Source: Puniceicoccales bacterium (GTDB lineage: Bacteria > Verrucomicrobiota > Verrucomicrobiia > Opitutales > LL51). From it: a stretch of DNA of 56,252 bases. The stretch's first letter is position 1. Every line of letters starts with the position of its first letter. Shown here piece by piece: positions 1 to 8,614 of this stretch. Both the position numbers and the translations under genes were made by a program. Under the pieces are notes generated by a model that saw only the letters and a list, made by a program, of their open reading frames with translations, searched no databases and had not been told where the DNA came from. The stretch spans positions 1 through 56,252 of the forward strand of contig JAIRRZ010000009.1 of the NCBI GenBank assembly GCA_031255715.1, written 5' to 3'.

Positions 1-206
1 GCCAAACCATGCGACGTTTTCGCTTGGTTGGGCCGCATAGGTCTTAAATTAAAATATTAAAGCCCCGCCCGCGGCGACGCCGCGGGCGGGGGTCTCAGGA
101 CCCCCGGTCGTCCGGCACCACGGGCAACGCCCGAGGTGCCGGACACAACCCCGGTCCAGGGGATGGATCCCCTGGCGGGGATCCCTAAGGGCGCGCAGCC
201 CTTAGG
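1..206. repeat. GC-rich composite palindromic element, locus A (modules P1 / AT linker / P2 / P3 / P4 / P5; P1 cut by window edge)
   Basis: Self-complementary arms read directly: P2 ccccgcccgcggcg-a-cgccgcgggcgggg (63-91), P3 ccggcacc..ggtgccgg (112-142), P4 ccagggga-tgga-tcccctgg (156-175), P5 cctaagggc-gcgca-gcccttagg (184-206). Colinear with 55994-56199 and, for P2-P5, with 11793-11927. Nearly pure G/C in an AT-rich background. Confidence 0.9.
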
Positions 207-257
207 ACACATAATAAAAATTTGCCAAGGCACAGAATATTTTCAGCATAAAATTTT

Positions 258-869
258 GTGGAAGGAAAAGTTAATAGTTTTACATTAATTGAATTAGTAA
301 CGGTAATCGCATTGATATCGGTATTTTTATTTTTTCTAATAAAATTGAATATTACAGCGGGTAACGAAAGTCGACAAGTTAAAACAGCAGCATTGCTTCT
401 CGCATCGGGTTTTGACGACGCACATGGACAAGCGATTGTAGGTAATACCTACGTAAAACTTTTTATCGATACATCATCACATTGGAAGTTTCAACGAATA
501 GCGATTATGAAACAAAAGAACAATGCCTGGGAAGTAGAACGCGAAATTTTACTCCCCGAGCGAGCGTTTATCTTACCTTTAAATGATTTTTTGCAATATT
601 TCGTTGACGGGAAAAACCTTTCGACATATACTTATTCTGAAGAAAGCAACACTTTACAGGGAGAGACCGTTAAGGGTTATCGCTTCATTTTCGATTCGGA
701 AGGACATCTATCCCCTGCAGCGGCAACAATTTTGGGAATTGGTTATGGTGCGAAGGTTAGCAATAACATAGAATTAAAAAAAGACATTAACATTTACGGA
801 TTATTTATTACAGCGATGGGAAATACAATAGTATTGGAGTCAAAAAGTGCAATAGAAGAAGCAATATGA
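258..869 (+). CDS. Prepilin-type N-terminal cleavage/methylation domain protein (minor pseudopilin, GspH/FimT-like)
   Basis: GTG start. N-terminus ..VNS|FTLIELVTVIALISVFLFF has Glu at +5 and a hydrophobic helix. The stop overlaps the next start (ATGA at 866-869). Confidence 0.75.
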   Translation: MEGKVNSFTLIELVTVIALISVFLFFLIKLNITAGNESRQVKTAALLLASGFDDAHGQAIVGNTYVKLFIDTSSHWKFQRIAIMKQKNNAWEVEREILLPERAFILPLNDFLQYFVDGKNLSTYTYSEESNTLQGETVKGYRFIFDSEGHLSPAAATILGIGYGAKVSNNIELKKDINIYGLFITAMGNTIVLESKSAIEEAI

Positions 870-1372
870 GACAGGGATTTTCATTATTGGAGGTAATTTT
901 GGCCATTGGAATTTTAGGCCTTTCATTACCAATACTTTTGACGTATATGGCAGAAAGTGCGACAAAAACAGAGAAACGGATACAGGAAATCCTCATTGTC
1001 AATATGGGAAAAAATGTGCAAAACATTTTAAGTGCAGTGAATAAAGCACCGATGTTAGATGATAATAATCGGGCCTATTGTGGGTATAGGAATGGAATTT
1101 TTACAATAACGAATTCGGCAACAGGCTTTGGAGAAGCCGTTTTTGTACTAGGCCAAGAAACAGAAAAAGTTATACTTGGAGGAAAGGTTAGGGAAATACT
1201 TTATAGACTCTATTCTTGGAACAGTAAAAATCAAAGTTTGCGATTGATATTACCACATGCCGAAGTATGGCAATTCATTATTATGGATAGTGCAGAAACC
1301 GTCGCATGGATAAATAAGGCTGTTTTAGGGGATATTTTACAGAAGGCATCAAAAATTCAACCGAACGGGTAG
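866..1372 (+). CDS. Prepilin-type N-terminal domain protein (pseudopilin)
   Basis: MRQG|FSLLEVILAIGILGLSLPILL has the G-F cleavage motif, Glu at +5 and a hydrophobic helix. Translationally coupled to the upstream pseudopilin gene. Confidence 0.7.
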   Translation: MRQGFSLLEVILAIGILGLSLPILLTYMAESATKTEKRIQEILIVNMGKNVQNILSAVNKAPMLDDNNRAYCGYRNGIFTITNSATGFGEAVFVLGQETEKVILGGKVREILYRLYSWNSKNQSLRLILPHAEVWQFIIMDSAETVAWINKAVLGDILQKASKIQPNG

Positions 1373-1616
1373 TTTTCCTACAATGGGGCTCAAACAATGA
1401 TCCAAGAAGCCATTGATGCAGCTTGGAACTTTATTTCTAGCGATAAGCAATACGGAAAAAGCCATAAAAATATGGCCAATATCTACCGAACTATCTACAA
1501 ATTTTTTTATTACTTCATCGGTTAAACTTACCTTTTTTCGAAAAAATCTGTAACATGCATACATTATAATTCTGCTTCACAATGCGCCATTAGATGCCTA
1601 GAGTTAAACTCATCTC

Positions 1617-2216
1617 ATGAAAATCGATAATATTAAAATCTATGATTTTGAGGAATGTATCGTTGCCAGTGGATTACCCATGCTTTCTGCCTACGATGAA
1701 AATGAATTTGCCGACAACGTTATGCAATTGAAAAACAATCTTGCCCAAGGTCTGAGCAGCAAGCATATCTCCCGTGCGCGTAAACTAGCATCTAGCGACT
1801 CCGCTTCTGGACATTGTAATTTCCTCAAAGGTATCCTTGTGGCATGCAATGTGACAGGAACCCAAGCCTGGTGGATACAGGCTGGGCGCTATGGCCACTT
1901 CGTCATCGATTCAAGTATGTCCAAAATGCATCGCCTGAAATCCATGAATCTGGAAACGTGTTGCCATCCAAAAACATCTGTAATTTCACGGCAGGAAGTC
2001 GAAAAATTAGCTGAACTTGACGATATCGAATCACTCATTTACGCCTGTCCCATGGGGCTAGAACTTACCGCTCGGATCAATACAAACTATATGCAATTAC
2101 GTATCATGTACCACCAACGTAAGGCCCATCGACTTTCCGAATGGCATACCTTTTGCCACTGGATTGAATCGCTTCCCCTTGCTAAAGAATTGCTCGCTAC
2201 TGATACAACGGAATAA
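1617..2216 (+). CDS. ThyX-fold-like protein with degenerate ThyX signature (function unknown)
   Basis: 199 aa. Blocks GHCNFLKGILVACNV..AWW and CPMGLELTARINTNYMQLRIMYHQRKAHRLSEW resemble flavin-dependent thymidylate synthase ThyX blocks recalled from memory. The RHR..S.RY signature is replaced by QAGRYGHFVIDSSMSKM. The ORF is clean with normal composition. Confidence 0.45.
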   Translation: MKIDNIKIYDFEECIVASGLPMLSAYDENEFADNVMQLKNNLAQGLSSKHISRARKLASSDSASGHCNFLKGILVACNVTGTQAWWIQAGRYGHFVIDSSMSKMHRLKSMNLETCCHPKTSVISRQEVEKLAELDDIESLIYACPMGLELTARINTNYMQLRIMYHQRKAHRLSEWHTFCHWIESLPLAKELLATDTTE

Positions 2217-2377
2217 ATCAATATTTTTTTAGTCCAATAGAAGGACAAAATCCATTTCTATTGTTCAACAATCCAAGCTTAGTATTTTCTTGCGTAAAAG
2301 GGTAAGATCTTTTTTGCGGTCTTTTCCTTCAGCCAATTTATTTAGCTTTCACCAGTCTTGATCACTGATACCGTGAT

Positions 2378-3565
2378 TTAGGTACCGGTTTTTTCTACTT
2401 CTGTTTGCTGTGGAAGACTATTTTGTTTTTTATATTTTGCCTCAATTGCATCAACTTTTTTCTTAGACGTACTAACCCACCTTTTTGCAGGCATCTCATT
2501 AACTTGTTTAACAATTAATGCAAGATCTTGTTCCACATTCTTTGCATTTGAAGGAATTTTAAGATCACCATATCCTCCTTTTGAAATTTTTTCTTCAAAA
2601 GCATCCGCTTTTATCCATACTTCAATCGCCTTTTGTAATTGCGTTACTATTGGAATAACTTTATTTTTGAATCTGAGAGACTCAATTGTATTGAGTGAAT
2701 CGGTCAGAGTTTTGATATCTTGTTCGACGTTTAGAAGACTTTTGCCATCCTTAGAGTTACCATATTTGCCTTCCGAAAATCTTTTGAAAATCGCTTCCGA
2801 GCGTATTATTGTCTTACATTTATAAGCAAATTCACTTAATAACTGACCTTTTCCATCTGGTTTTGATTTCACTGCATTTACAATGTTATCAATATCAGAA
2901 CAAGCTTTTAAAAGATTGGGTGCCTGTGCTCGCTCACCGTATTGTCCACTTAAAAACTCTTGCATAATTCCTTGAATTTGGGCCTGTGCTTTACTCCTTT
3001 CGGCATATGCTTGAATCCACAAACTCAAGGCAGAAGACTGTGTTAATTTTTGATATTGCTGTGCGACGACATCGATTTTTTCGCATATTACTTTTTTATT
3101 GTCCGTAGCAGACGTTTTGCTAACATTGTTTTTCATGTTTGTTAGAATCCCCAATATTTTTATAGCTACTTTAGCCTGAATTGCGGAGATTGTAGTTTCT
3201 GATTGTAAGTTTGAAGGGTAACTTTTCATCACCATATCAACTGCATTGAGCGCTTTATCAATAGCATCGGCAGAATTGGTATCGCCATAATGCCTTTTCC
3301 GGAAGCTATTTACAATGTCCCCGCATTTCATTTTAAGCTCTTTTCTTCGTTCAAGTCCAGAATCCGTACTCTTGGGGTTTTTGTCGTTATTGGTCAATTG
3401 TGGCGGTCGTGCATCCTTTAATGGTCCAGCAACACTTTTTGCCTTTGATTCAAGAGCTCCGCTACGAGAAATCCACTTTTCGGCATTCGCTTGGGTACTT
3501 GGCCCATGACCGGCTTGTAGTGTATTTATCCATAGCAATCCTAGAACAATATTTTTTTTATCCAT
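2378..3565 (-). CDS. Secreted protein with four internal G-x-YG repeats, unknown function
   Basis: N-terminal signal-like MDKKNIVLGLLWINTLQAGHG. Four copies of a ~35-aa unit: F.k.HYGDtnsadaidkALnavd, SGQYGERaqapnLLkacsDIdniv, EGKYGNSkdgkSLLnvEQDIktl, KGGYGDLkipsnAknvEQDLali. Confidence 0.6.
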   Translation of the reverse strand: MDKKNIVLGLLWINTLQAGHGPSTQANAEKWISRSGALESKAKSVAGPLKDARPPQLTNNDKNPKSTDSGLERRKELKMKCGDIVNSFRKRHYGDTNSADAIDKALNAVDMVMKSYPSNLQSETTISAIQAKVAIKILGILTNMKNNVSKTSATDNKKVICEKIDVVAQQYQKLTQSSALSLWIQAYAERSKAQAQIQGIMQEFLSGQYGERAQAPNLLKACSDIDNIVNAVKSKPDGKGQLLSEFAYKCKTIIRSEAIFKRFSEGKYGNSKDGKSLLNVEQDIKTLTDSLNTIESLRFKNKVIPIVTQLQKAIEVWIKADAFEEKISKGGYGDLKIPSNAKNVEQDLALIVKQVNEMPAKRWVSTSKKKVDAIEAKYKKQNSLPQQTEVEKTGT

Positions 3566-3689
3566 ATCTTTCCCTTTATCTCAAACTACAATTAGCTAAG
3601 TAGTTATATATTCTGTACATGACTTTATAATTGTCAATAATTTTTCACATAAGATATAAAATAAAATGATAACATTTTAAGTGTAACGT

Positions 3690-3717
3690 AAAAAAACGAG
3701 TGAAATGCATCACTCGT
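3690..3717 (-). terminator. Rho-independent terminator downstream of the 3841-4074 ORF
   Basis: 8-bp stem acgagtga/tcactcgt (3696-3703 / 3710-3717) with a 6-nt loop. On the minus strand it is followed by a run of 6-7 T (A run 3690-3696 on plus). Confidence 0.6.
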
Positions 3718-3840
3718 TTTCCAATATAGTTCATTCTTTTACCGCAACTAAAGAAACTGGATCACAATGACTTTTTAAAGCCCATGATATAAATTTCAAT
3801 TGCTGGGAAAGTATTCATTATTTGTTTTCTTATTAATATC

Positions 3841-4074
3841 CTAAGATCCCTCAGCTCCTTCAATATTTTCATCGGGTTTTGAAGTTGGTGAAGATTCCTG
3901 TTGCGGTTCAAAAGAAACTTCAACCGGCTCACAATCCAGTAATGGGGACATTACTATTTCTGGAACCGAAGGAGAAGATGCCTGATCGCAAGCTCCCCAA
4001 ATGTTTTCTGTAGCAACACTTAGAACTAATAATTCTAAACCAATCTTTATTATTTTAATACTCATATTTAACAC
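3841..4074 (-). CDS. Small secreted acidic protein (hypothetical)
   Basis: N-terminal hydrophobic segment IKIIKIGLELLVLSVA, then a Pro/Ser/Glu-rich tail. A terminator lies downstream. No recognisable family. Confidence 0.4.
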   Translation of the reverse strand: MLNMSIKIIKIGLELLVLSVATENIWGACDQASSPSVPEIVMSPLLDCEPVEVSFEPQQESSPTSKPDENIEGAEGS

Positions 4075-4315
4075 TCCTTTTTAGATATATTCTATAAATA
4101 GAATTATTTTTCCCTAAAATAACGAGAAATTATTTGTATCTATGTTCTTTTTTTGCCTATCGCACCTGTTTCATTAGGCGTTCATAGACATTACTAATTT
4201 CTTAGGCTTTTGCCATAGCTTGTTCTATGCTTGTGTATTCACATTCCGGTTTACCTTTATTTAGTGCAAACTTATTGGAATGATAACTTAAACATAGCTC
4301 GCCGATAGGCTTTTT

Positions 4316-4909
4316 TTATTTCACCCTGCAAAGCTCCTTTTGAAATTCCCAGAGTATGTAGTCTTCACCGCTTGCTTGGCTCACTTTTGTCATTTGACCA
4401 CAGACAAAATATGGAGACTGCTTAATTGTATCCGCAGCATCAAAAAACATAACTCTCTTTTCTCCTGGAATAAGAACCCCGGGTTCAGAAGAATCCAATT
4501 TCTGTCGCAAAACTCTTTGTATTGTTTCTGGAGTTATTGGTCTTACTGGCAAGCCAAATATCGCAAACGCAGCATTTACTTTTTCGCTTTGTAATAAAGC
4601 ATTCAAATGCTGAACATATTGGGAAAGGTCCTCTACGGCCTGTATAGCAATGGGAAGCTCCGTATAAGTTTTATTAATTCCATTGGAGACTTGTTGTATA
4701 ACATATATATCATTTTGCTCTCCGAAGGCACCAAGCACGTAGGGTTGATAGAATCTTTCTTGTATTTCTTTACATGTCAATAAAGCAGCCGCACGCATGG
4801 CATTTTCCTGTATGCTATTCCTTATTTGGTCTATGACTTCCTGTGCGTTTACTTCAGCAGAACTTGTTTGCACCTGTCCATTAATTAACATTTTTATCAT
4901 TTTATTCAT
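4316..4909 (-). CDS. Hypothetical cytoplasmic protein
   Basis: Clean 197-aa ORF with protein-like composition. No signal peptide and no family recognised. Confidence 0.5.
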   Translation of the reverse strand: MNKMIKMLINGQVQTSSAEVNAQEVIDQIRNSIQENAMRAAALLTCKEIQERFYQPYVLGAFGEQNDIYVIQQVSNGINKTYTELPIAIQAVEDLSQYVQHLNALLQSEKVNAAFAIFGLPVRPITPETIQRVLRQKLDSSEPGVLIPGEKRVMFFDAADTIKQSPYFVCGQMTKVSQASGEDYILWEFQKELCRVK

Positions 4910-5025
4910 ACCCTTTAACTTGATAGAACAGATTATAAATATTTTAAGATAATTACAATGTGTTTTTTTATTTCTTATATGATTTATTTTTACGATCTGC
5001 GGAAAGTATTATTTTTTTAAACAGA

Positions 5026-5051
5026 AACGAGAACGTTTTTTCGTTCTCGTT
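5026..5051 (-). terminator. Possible terminator hairpin after the 5131-5394 ORF
   Basis: 10-bp stem aacgagaacg/cgttctcgtt with a T6/A6 loop. The trailing T tract on the minus strand is poor (tctgttt). Confidence 0.3.
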
Positions 5052-5130
5052 CTATTAAAATTTAAGTTTATTTATAATATTGCTGATTTTTTACACTTTT
5101 CAGCGGATTCTGATAGAATAATTTTTATGA

Positions 5131-5394
5131 TCAATCAAAGAACTCAGAATCCTCGTCGCTATCTTCATCACTATCTTCCTCATCGCTATCCTCTTCGTCG
5201 CTACTCTGATCCCAATCATTAATAGCTTTTAAAGGTCTGATCAAATGTGAATCATTGAAAGCGAATTCTGGATTCAACCGACTATATTCGTTATACCTTT
5301 CTTGATCAAAATTCGCTCTATTGCTAGCATCTAAAGCTAAAGCGCTACCAGTAATGATCAATCCATAAACCATCTTCAAGATTTTTTTTCCCAT
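5131..5394 (-). CDS. Small secreted protein with Ser/Asp/Glu-repeat C-terminal tail
   Basis: Signal-like MGKKILKMVYGLIITGSALA. C-terminus SSDEEDSDEEDSDEDSDEDSEFFD is encoded by an imperfect ~15-nt DNA repeat (tcgctatc[ct]tc..). Confidence 0.55.
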   Translation of the reverse strand: MGKKILKMVYGLIITGSALALDASNRANFDQERYNEYSRLNPEFAFNDSHLIRPLKAINDWDQSSDEEDSDEEDSDEDSDEDSEFFD

Positions 5395-5633
5395 ATTTCC
5401 ATCCTTATTCTATATATTGTACTATTAACATATTCACAAGAACTCCTTGCGAGTAGGCATTACCTTCGAAAAAAATCTAAAACCGTCAATCATTTTTTAG
5501 TTTTTAATAAATCGCATCCCATTTCACTGTAAAATCAAAAATGGAAATCTTTACAATAAATTATAAAAATTATTTCATTCTATTATATTACAATATTCTT
5601 GCGAGTCGCTCACTTATCTTTACAACTAAAGGC

Positions 5634-7169
5634 ATGGCTGACACTATCCTTGATCAAATTCGTCGGGAAATTTTTTCTACGGAACTTGTAACAACTAAAA
5701 AAAATGTCGGTACGATTCTTTCCATTGCCGATGGCGTTGCCGTTTTGGATGGCCTTTCCGGAATAATGTATAACGAAATGGTTGACTTTGGTCATGGTAT
5801 CTTTGGCGTTGCGCTTAATCTCGAAGAAGACTTGGTAGGCGTTGTTATTTTCGGCGATGGATCAAGCCTAAAAGCTGGCGATCAAGCAAGCACCACCGGA
5901 AGATTACTTTCCGTTCCCGTCGGAAAAAACCTCCTTGGCCGTGTCGTCAATGCCATTGGCCACCCCATCGATGGTAAAGGCCCCATTGCCTCCGAAGAAT
6001 TTTATCCTGTCGAAAAAGTTGCCCATGGAATTATGCCCCGACAGTCCGTTTCACAACCACTCCAAACCGGTATCCTTACCATTGATGCTATGATCCCCAT
6101 TGGCCGCGGACAACGGGAACTCATTATTGGTGATCGTGCGACAGGAAAATCGACAATTGCCATTGATACAATCATTAATCAGGCAAACATTAATCGGGAA
6201 GGTCTCGCTTCCGGCGATCCGAACTTTCGCCCAGTCTATTCCATTTATGTTGCCATTGGGCAAAAAAATTCTACGATTGCGCGCACCATTAAAACATTAA
6301 CGGATTACGATGCCATGGAATCTACCATCATCGTCAATTCTTCCGCCGCCGATAACCCTGCTAACCAATACATTGCGCCCTATGCGGGCTGTGCAATGGG
6401 CGAATGGTTTATGCATAACGGTATGGATGCCCTAATCGTTTATGATGATCTTTCGAAGCATGCGGTTGCTTACCGTCAAATTTGTCTCATTCTAAAGCGT
6501 CCATCTGGTCGGGAAGCCTATCCGGGCGATGTTTTTTATTTGCACTCCAAACTCTTGGAACGAGCAGCTCGACTCAATGCAGCCCATGGTAACGGTTCAC
6601 TTACGGCACTCCCGATCATTGAAACCCAGGCTGGTGATATTTCGGCGTACATTCCGACAAATGTAATTTCGATTACGGATGGCCAAATTTTCCTCGATAC
6701 GGATCTATTCAACAAAGGTGTGCGACCGGCGATTTCCATTGGTATTTCCGTTTCGCGGGTAGGCTCCGCGGCACAAATAAAGGCATTTAAACAGGTCGCG
6801 GGTAAATTGAAGTTGGAACTTGGTCAATATTACGAATTGAGTTCCTTTGCACAATTTGGATCCGATCTCGATGCAAAGACGCAGCAACAACTTGATCGTG
6901 GAGCGCGTATTGTAGCATTATTCCAACAGCCAGCCAATGCACCGCGAAGTGTATCGGCTCAAATTATCCTACTTTGGGCAATTAGGGCAGGCATTTTCGA
7001 TTCCGTAGCGCTTTGCGATGTAAATATCGCAGCGGAGTCTCTCCTCTCCTATTTCTTGACTGGTGGAACAAAAGTTTTAACGCAAATTAACCTAGAAGGC
7101 CAATTGACGGAAGAAATTGAAAAAAATCTTTTCGCAATTACCGCCGATTGGCAAAAAACTCAAAGCTAA
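5634..7169 (+). CDS. atpA: F1 ATP synthase alpha subunit
   Basis: Colinear with F1-alpha end to end. Motifs: [17 protein letters not shown] (P-loop), [69 protein letters not shown] at 5634 preceded by aaagg. The 5541 start adds a non-homologous extension. Confidence 0.9.
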   Translation: MADTILDQIRREIFSTELVTTKKNVGTILSIADGVAVLDGLSGIMYNEMVDFGHGIFGVALNLEEDLVGVVIFGDGSSLKAGDQASTTGRLLSVPVGKNLLGRVVNAIGHPIDGKGPIASEEFYPVEKVAHGIMPRQSVSQPLQTGILTIDAMIPIGRGQRELIIGDRATGKSTIAIDTIINQANINREGLASGDPNFRPVYSIYVAIGQKNSTIARTIKTLTDYDAMESTIIVNSSAADNPANQYIAPYAGCAMGEWFMHNGMDALIVYDDLSKHAVAYRQICLILKRPSGREAYPGDVFYLHSKLLERAARLNAAHGNGSLTALPIIETQAGDISAYIPTNVISITDGQIFLDTDLFNKGVRPAISIGISVSRVGSAAQIKAFKQVAGKLKLELGQYYELSSFAQFGSDLDAKTQQQLDRGARIVALFQQPANAPRSVSAQIILLWAIRAGIFDSVALCDVNIAAESLLSYFLTGGTKVLTQINLEGQLTEEIEKNLFAITADWQKTQS

Positions 7170-7210
7170 ACTTTTGGGAACACGATCAATTTCTTCACGT
7201 GTTGCGTATT

Positions 7211-7630
7211 CTACTTTAAAAATAATTCTTCTGGTGTAAAAAAACGTTTCAATTCCGCCTGGGCACTAGCCTCGCTATCTGAAGCATGAGCAATATTGCG
7301 CATCTTATCCGTTCCCCAATCACCACGTATTGTACCTTTGGGAGCGGCTGTAGAATCCGTTGGTCCCAGTAAAGCGCGAACTTTAGTGATGATATTCTCT
7401 CCTCTTAATGCGATTACAATGACCGGCTTCGAACGCATAAACATAAGGATATCCGCAAAAAAAGGTAGAGCTACGATGTGGCCATAGTGCTCTTTTAGTA
7501 AGTTCTCAGACAAAACCATCATTTTGCAACCCACGATTTCACATCCTTCTTTGTTCAATCGTCCAATAACCTCCCCGGCAAGCCCTTTTTCCATACAATC
7601 TGGCTTGAGAATAATCAATGTTGTTTCCAT
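7211..7630 (-). CDS. ndk: Nucleoside diphosphate kinase
   Basis: METTLIILKPD.., GPTDS..A.KGTIRGD.., NIAHASDS with the active-site His. Start moved to the internal ATG at 7630, because the 55 codons upstream in the ORF are not NDK-like. Confidence 0.9.
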   Translation of the reverse strand: METTLIILKPDCMEKGLAGEVIGRLNKEGCEIVGCKMMVLSENLLKEHYGHIVALPFFADILMFMRSKPVIVIALRGENIITKVRALLGPTDSTAAPKGTIRGDWGTDKMRNIAHASDSEASAQAELKRFFTPEELFLK

Positions 7631-7846
7631 TTTAATTTCTTCTTTCTTTAACATCTTCGTCTCCTCCTTTGATACTTCCATTGCTTTTCCCGGTGCTACG
7701 ATTGAAGCAATCGATGTATTTGCTGAAGTATGAACAACCCAAAAACTACCCATAAAAAATGATATTCCTGCAAGGCAGCCCCTAAAAAAATCCATGAACT
7801 GGAAAATAAACTGCCTTTCACTCTAATCAAGCAGAAAAATTGCGTT

Positions 7847-8614
7847 CTAACAAAAACCGCGCTGGGAAGACTCAATTGCTTGAATAACAGTATCGTAGAC
7901 TGCAGAAGTTTGTTTGCAACATTTCAATTGTACCAGTGCCTCAGAATGGTTTTTAGTGGAATGAAAGAGAATGCGATAGATATTTTTTACGTGTTCGACA
8001 TCCGCTGCAGAAAATTGATGGCGTTGCAGATTGATCTTATTGAAATAACGTGTTCTTGCCGGTTGTCCTTCGGCAATCATAAAGGGCAAAATATCCATAA
8101 CCGTTTTGGAACTTGCCGCTAGCATCGCGTAATCTCCGATGCGGCAAAATTGATGAACACCAGAATTCCATGCGATATTTACATAATTTCCAAGGATAAC
8201 ATGTCCGGCCAGGGCCGCCAAACTACTCACAATAACATGGTCGCCAACCGTACAATCGTGCGCCACATGGGCATAGGCTAAAAATGCATTGTGATGGCCA
8301 ATTTTTGTAATATTTCCTTCCTTCGTAGCGCCGTGAATTGTCACGTATTCGCGAAAGATATTGTGATGGCCAATTTCAAGTCCGGTTTGTTCGCCAGTAT
8401 ATTTCAAATCCTGCGTCTGGCCTCCCAAAAAAGCGTAGGGAAAAATCACATTATTTTCCCCTAAAATGGTATAACCATCGACCGAAGCATGGTGTTGGAT
8501 GACTGTCCCAGAGCCGATGGCAACATTTTTCCCGACGAAAGCAAAGGCGCCGATCGACACCTTTTCTCCAATATTTGCTCCATTTTCAATGATCGCTGTT
8601 GGATGAATATTCAT
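7847..8614 (-). CDS. lpxA: Acyl-ACP--UDP-N-acetylglucosamine O-acyltransferase
   Basis: [28 protein letters not shown] hexapeptide repeats and LpxA-type length. 4-nt overlap with the upstream lpxC/fabZ. Confidence 0.92.
   Translation of the reverse strand: MNIHPTAIIENGANIGEKVSIGAFAFVGKNVAIGSGTVIQHHASVDGYTILGENNVIFPYAFLGGQTQDLKYTGEQTGLEIGHHNIFREYVTIHGATKEGNITKIGHHNAFLAYAHVAHDCTVGDHVIVSSLAALAGHVILGNYVNIAWNSGVHQFCRIGDYAMLAASSKTVMDILPFMIAEGQPARTRYFNKINLQRHQFSAADVEHVKNIYRILFHSTKNHSEALVQLKCCKQTSAVYDTVIQAIESSQRGFC

Noticed and set aside
1349-1564. 71-aa minus-strand ORF between the pseudopilin and ThyX-like genes; also the 97-aa ORF at 46807-47100 and 23325-23516
   Set aside because: There are no recognisable motifs, composition is poor (Phe/Ile/Lys-rich from AT-rich DNA), and the frames are ambiguous. 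A 42-aa plus-strand ORF at 1397-1525 is equally plausible. This is not enough support to call any of them.
5541-5633. Extended N-termini given by the ORF track for atpA (5541), ndk (7795), the SBP-like protein (13850), dnaE (17821), the CaCA antiporter (19661), HIT (38088), secD (39886) and the PFK-like gene (51672)
   Set aside because: In each case the homologous region starts at an internal ATG, and the upstream codons are non-homologous, AT-rich or run into repeats. Starts were moved accordingly.
5634-7169. Type III secretion or flagellar ATPase instead of F1 alpha
   Set aside because: The length, the non-catalytic-type P-loop context GDRATGKS, and blocks such as [13 protein letters not shown] and the C-terminal helical domain match F1 alpha throughout, not FliI/SctN or F1 beta.
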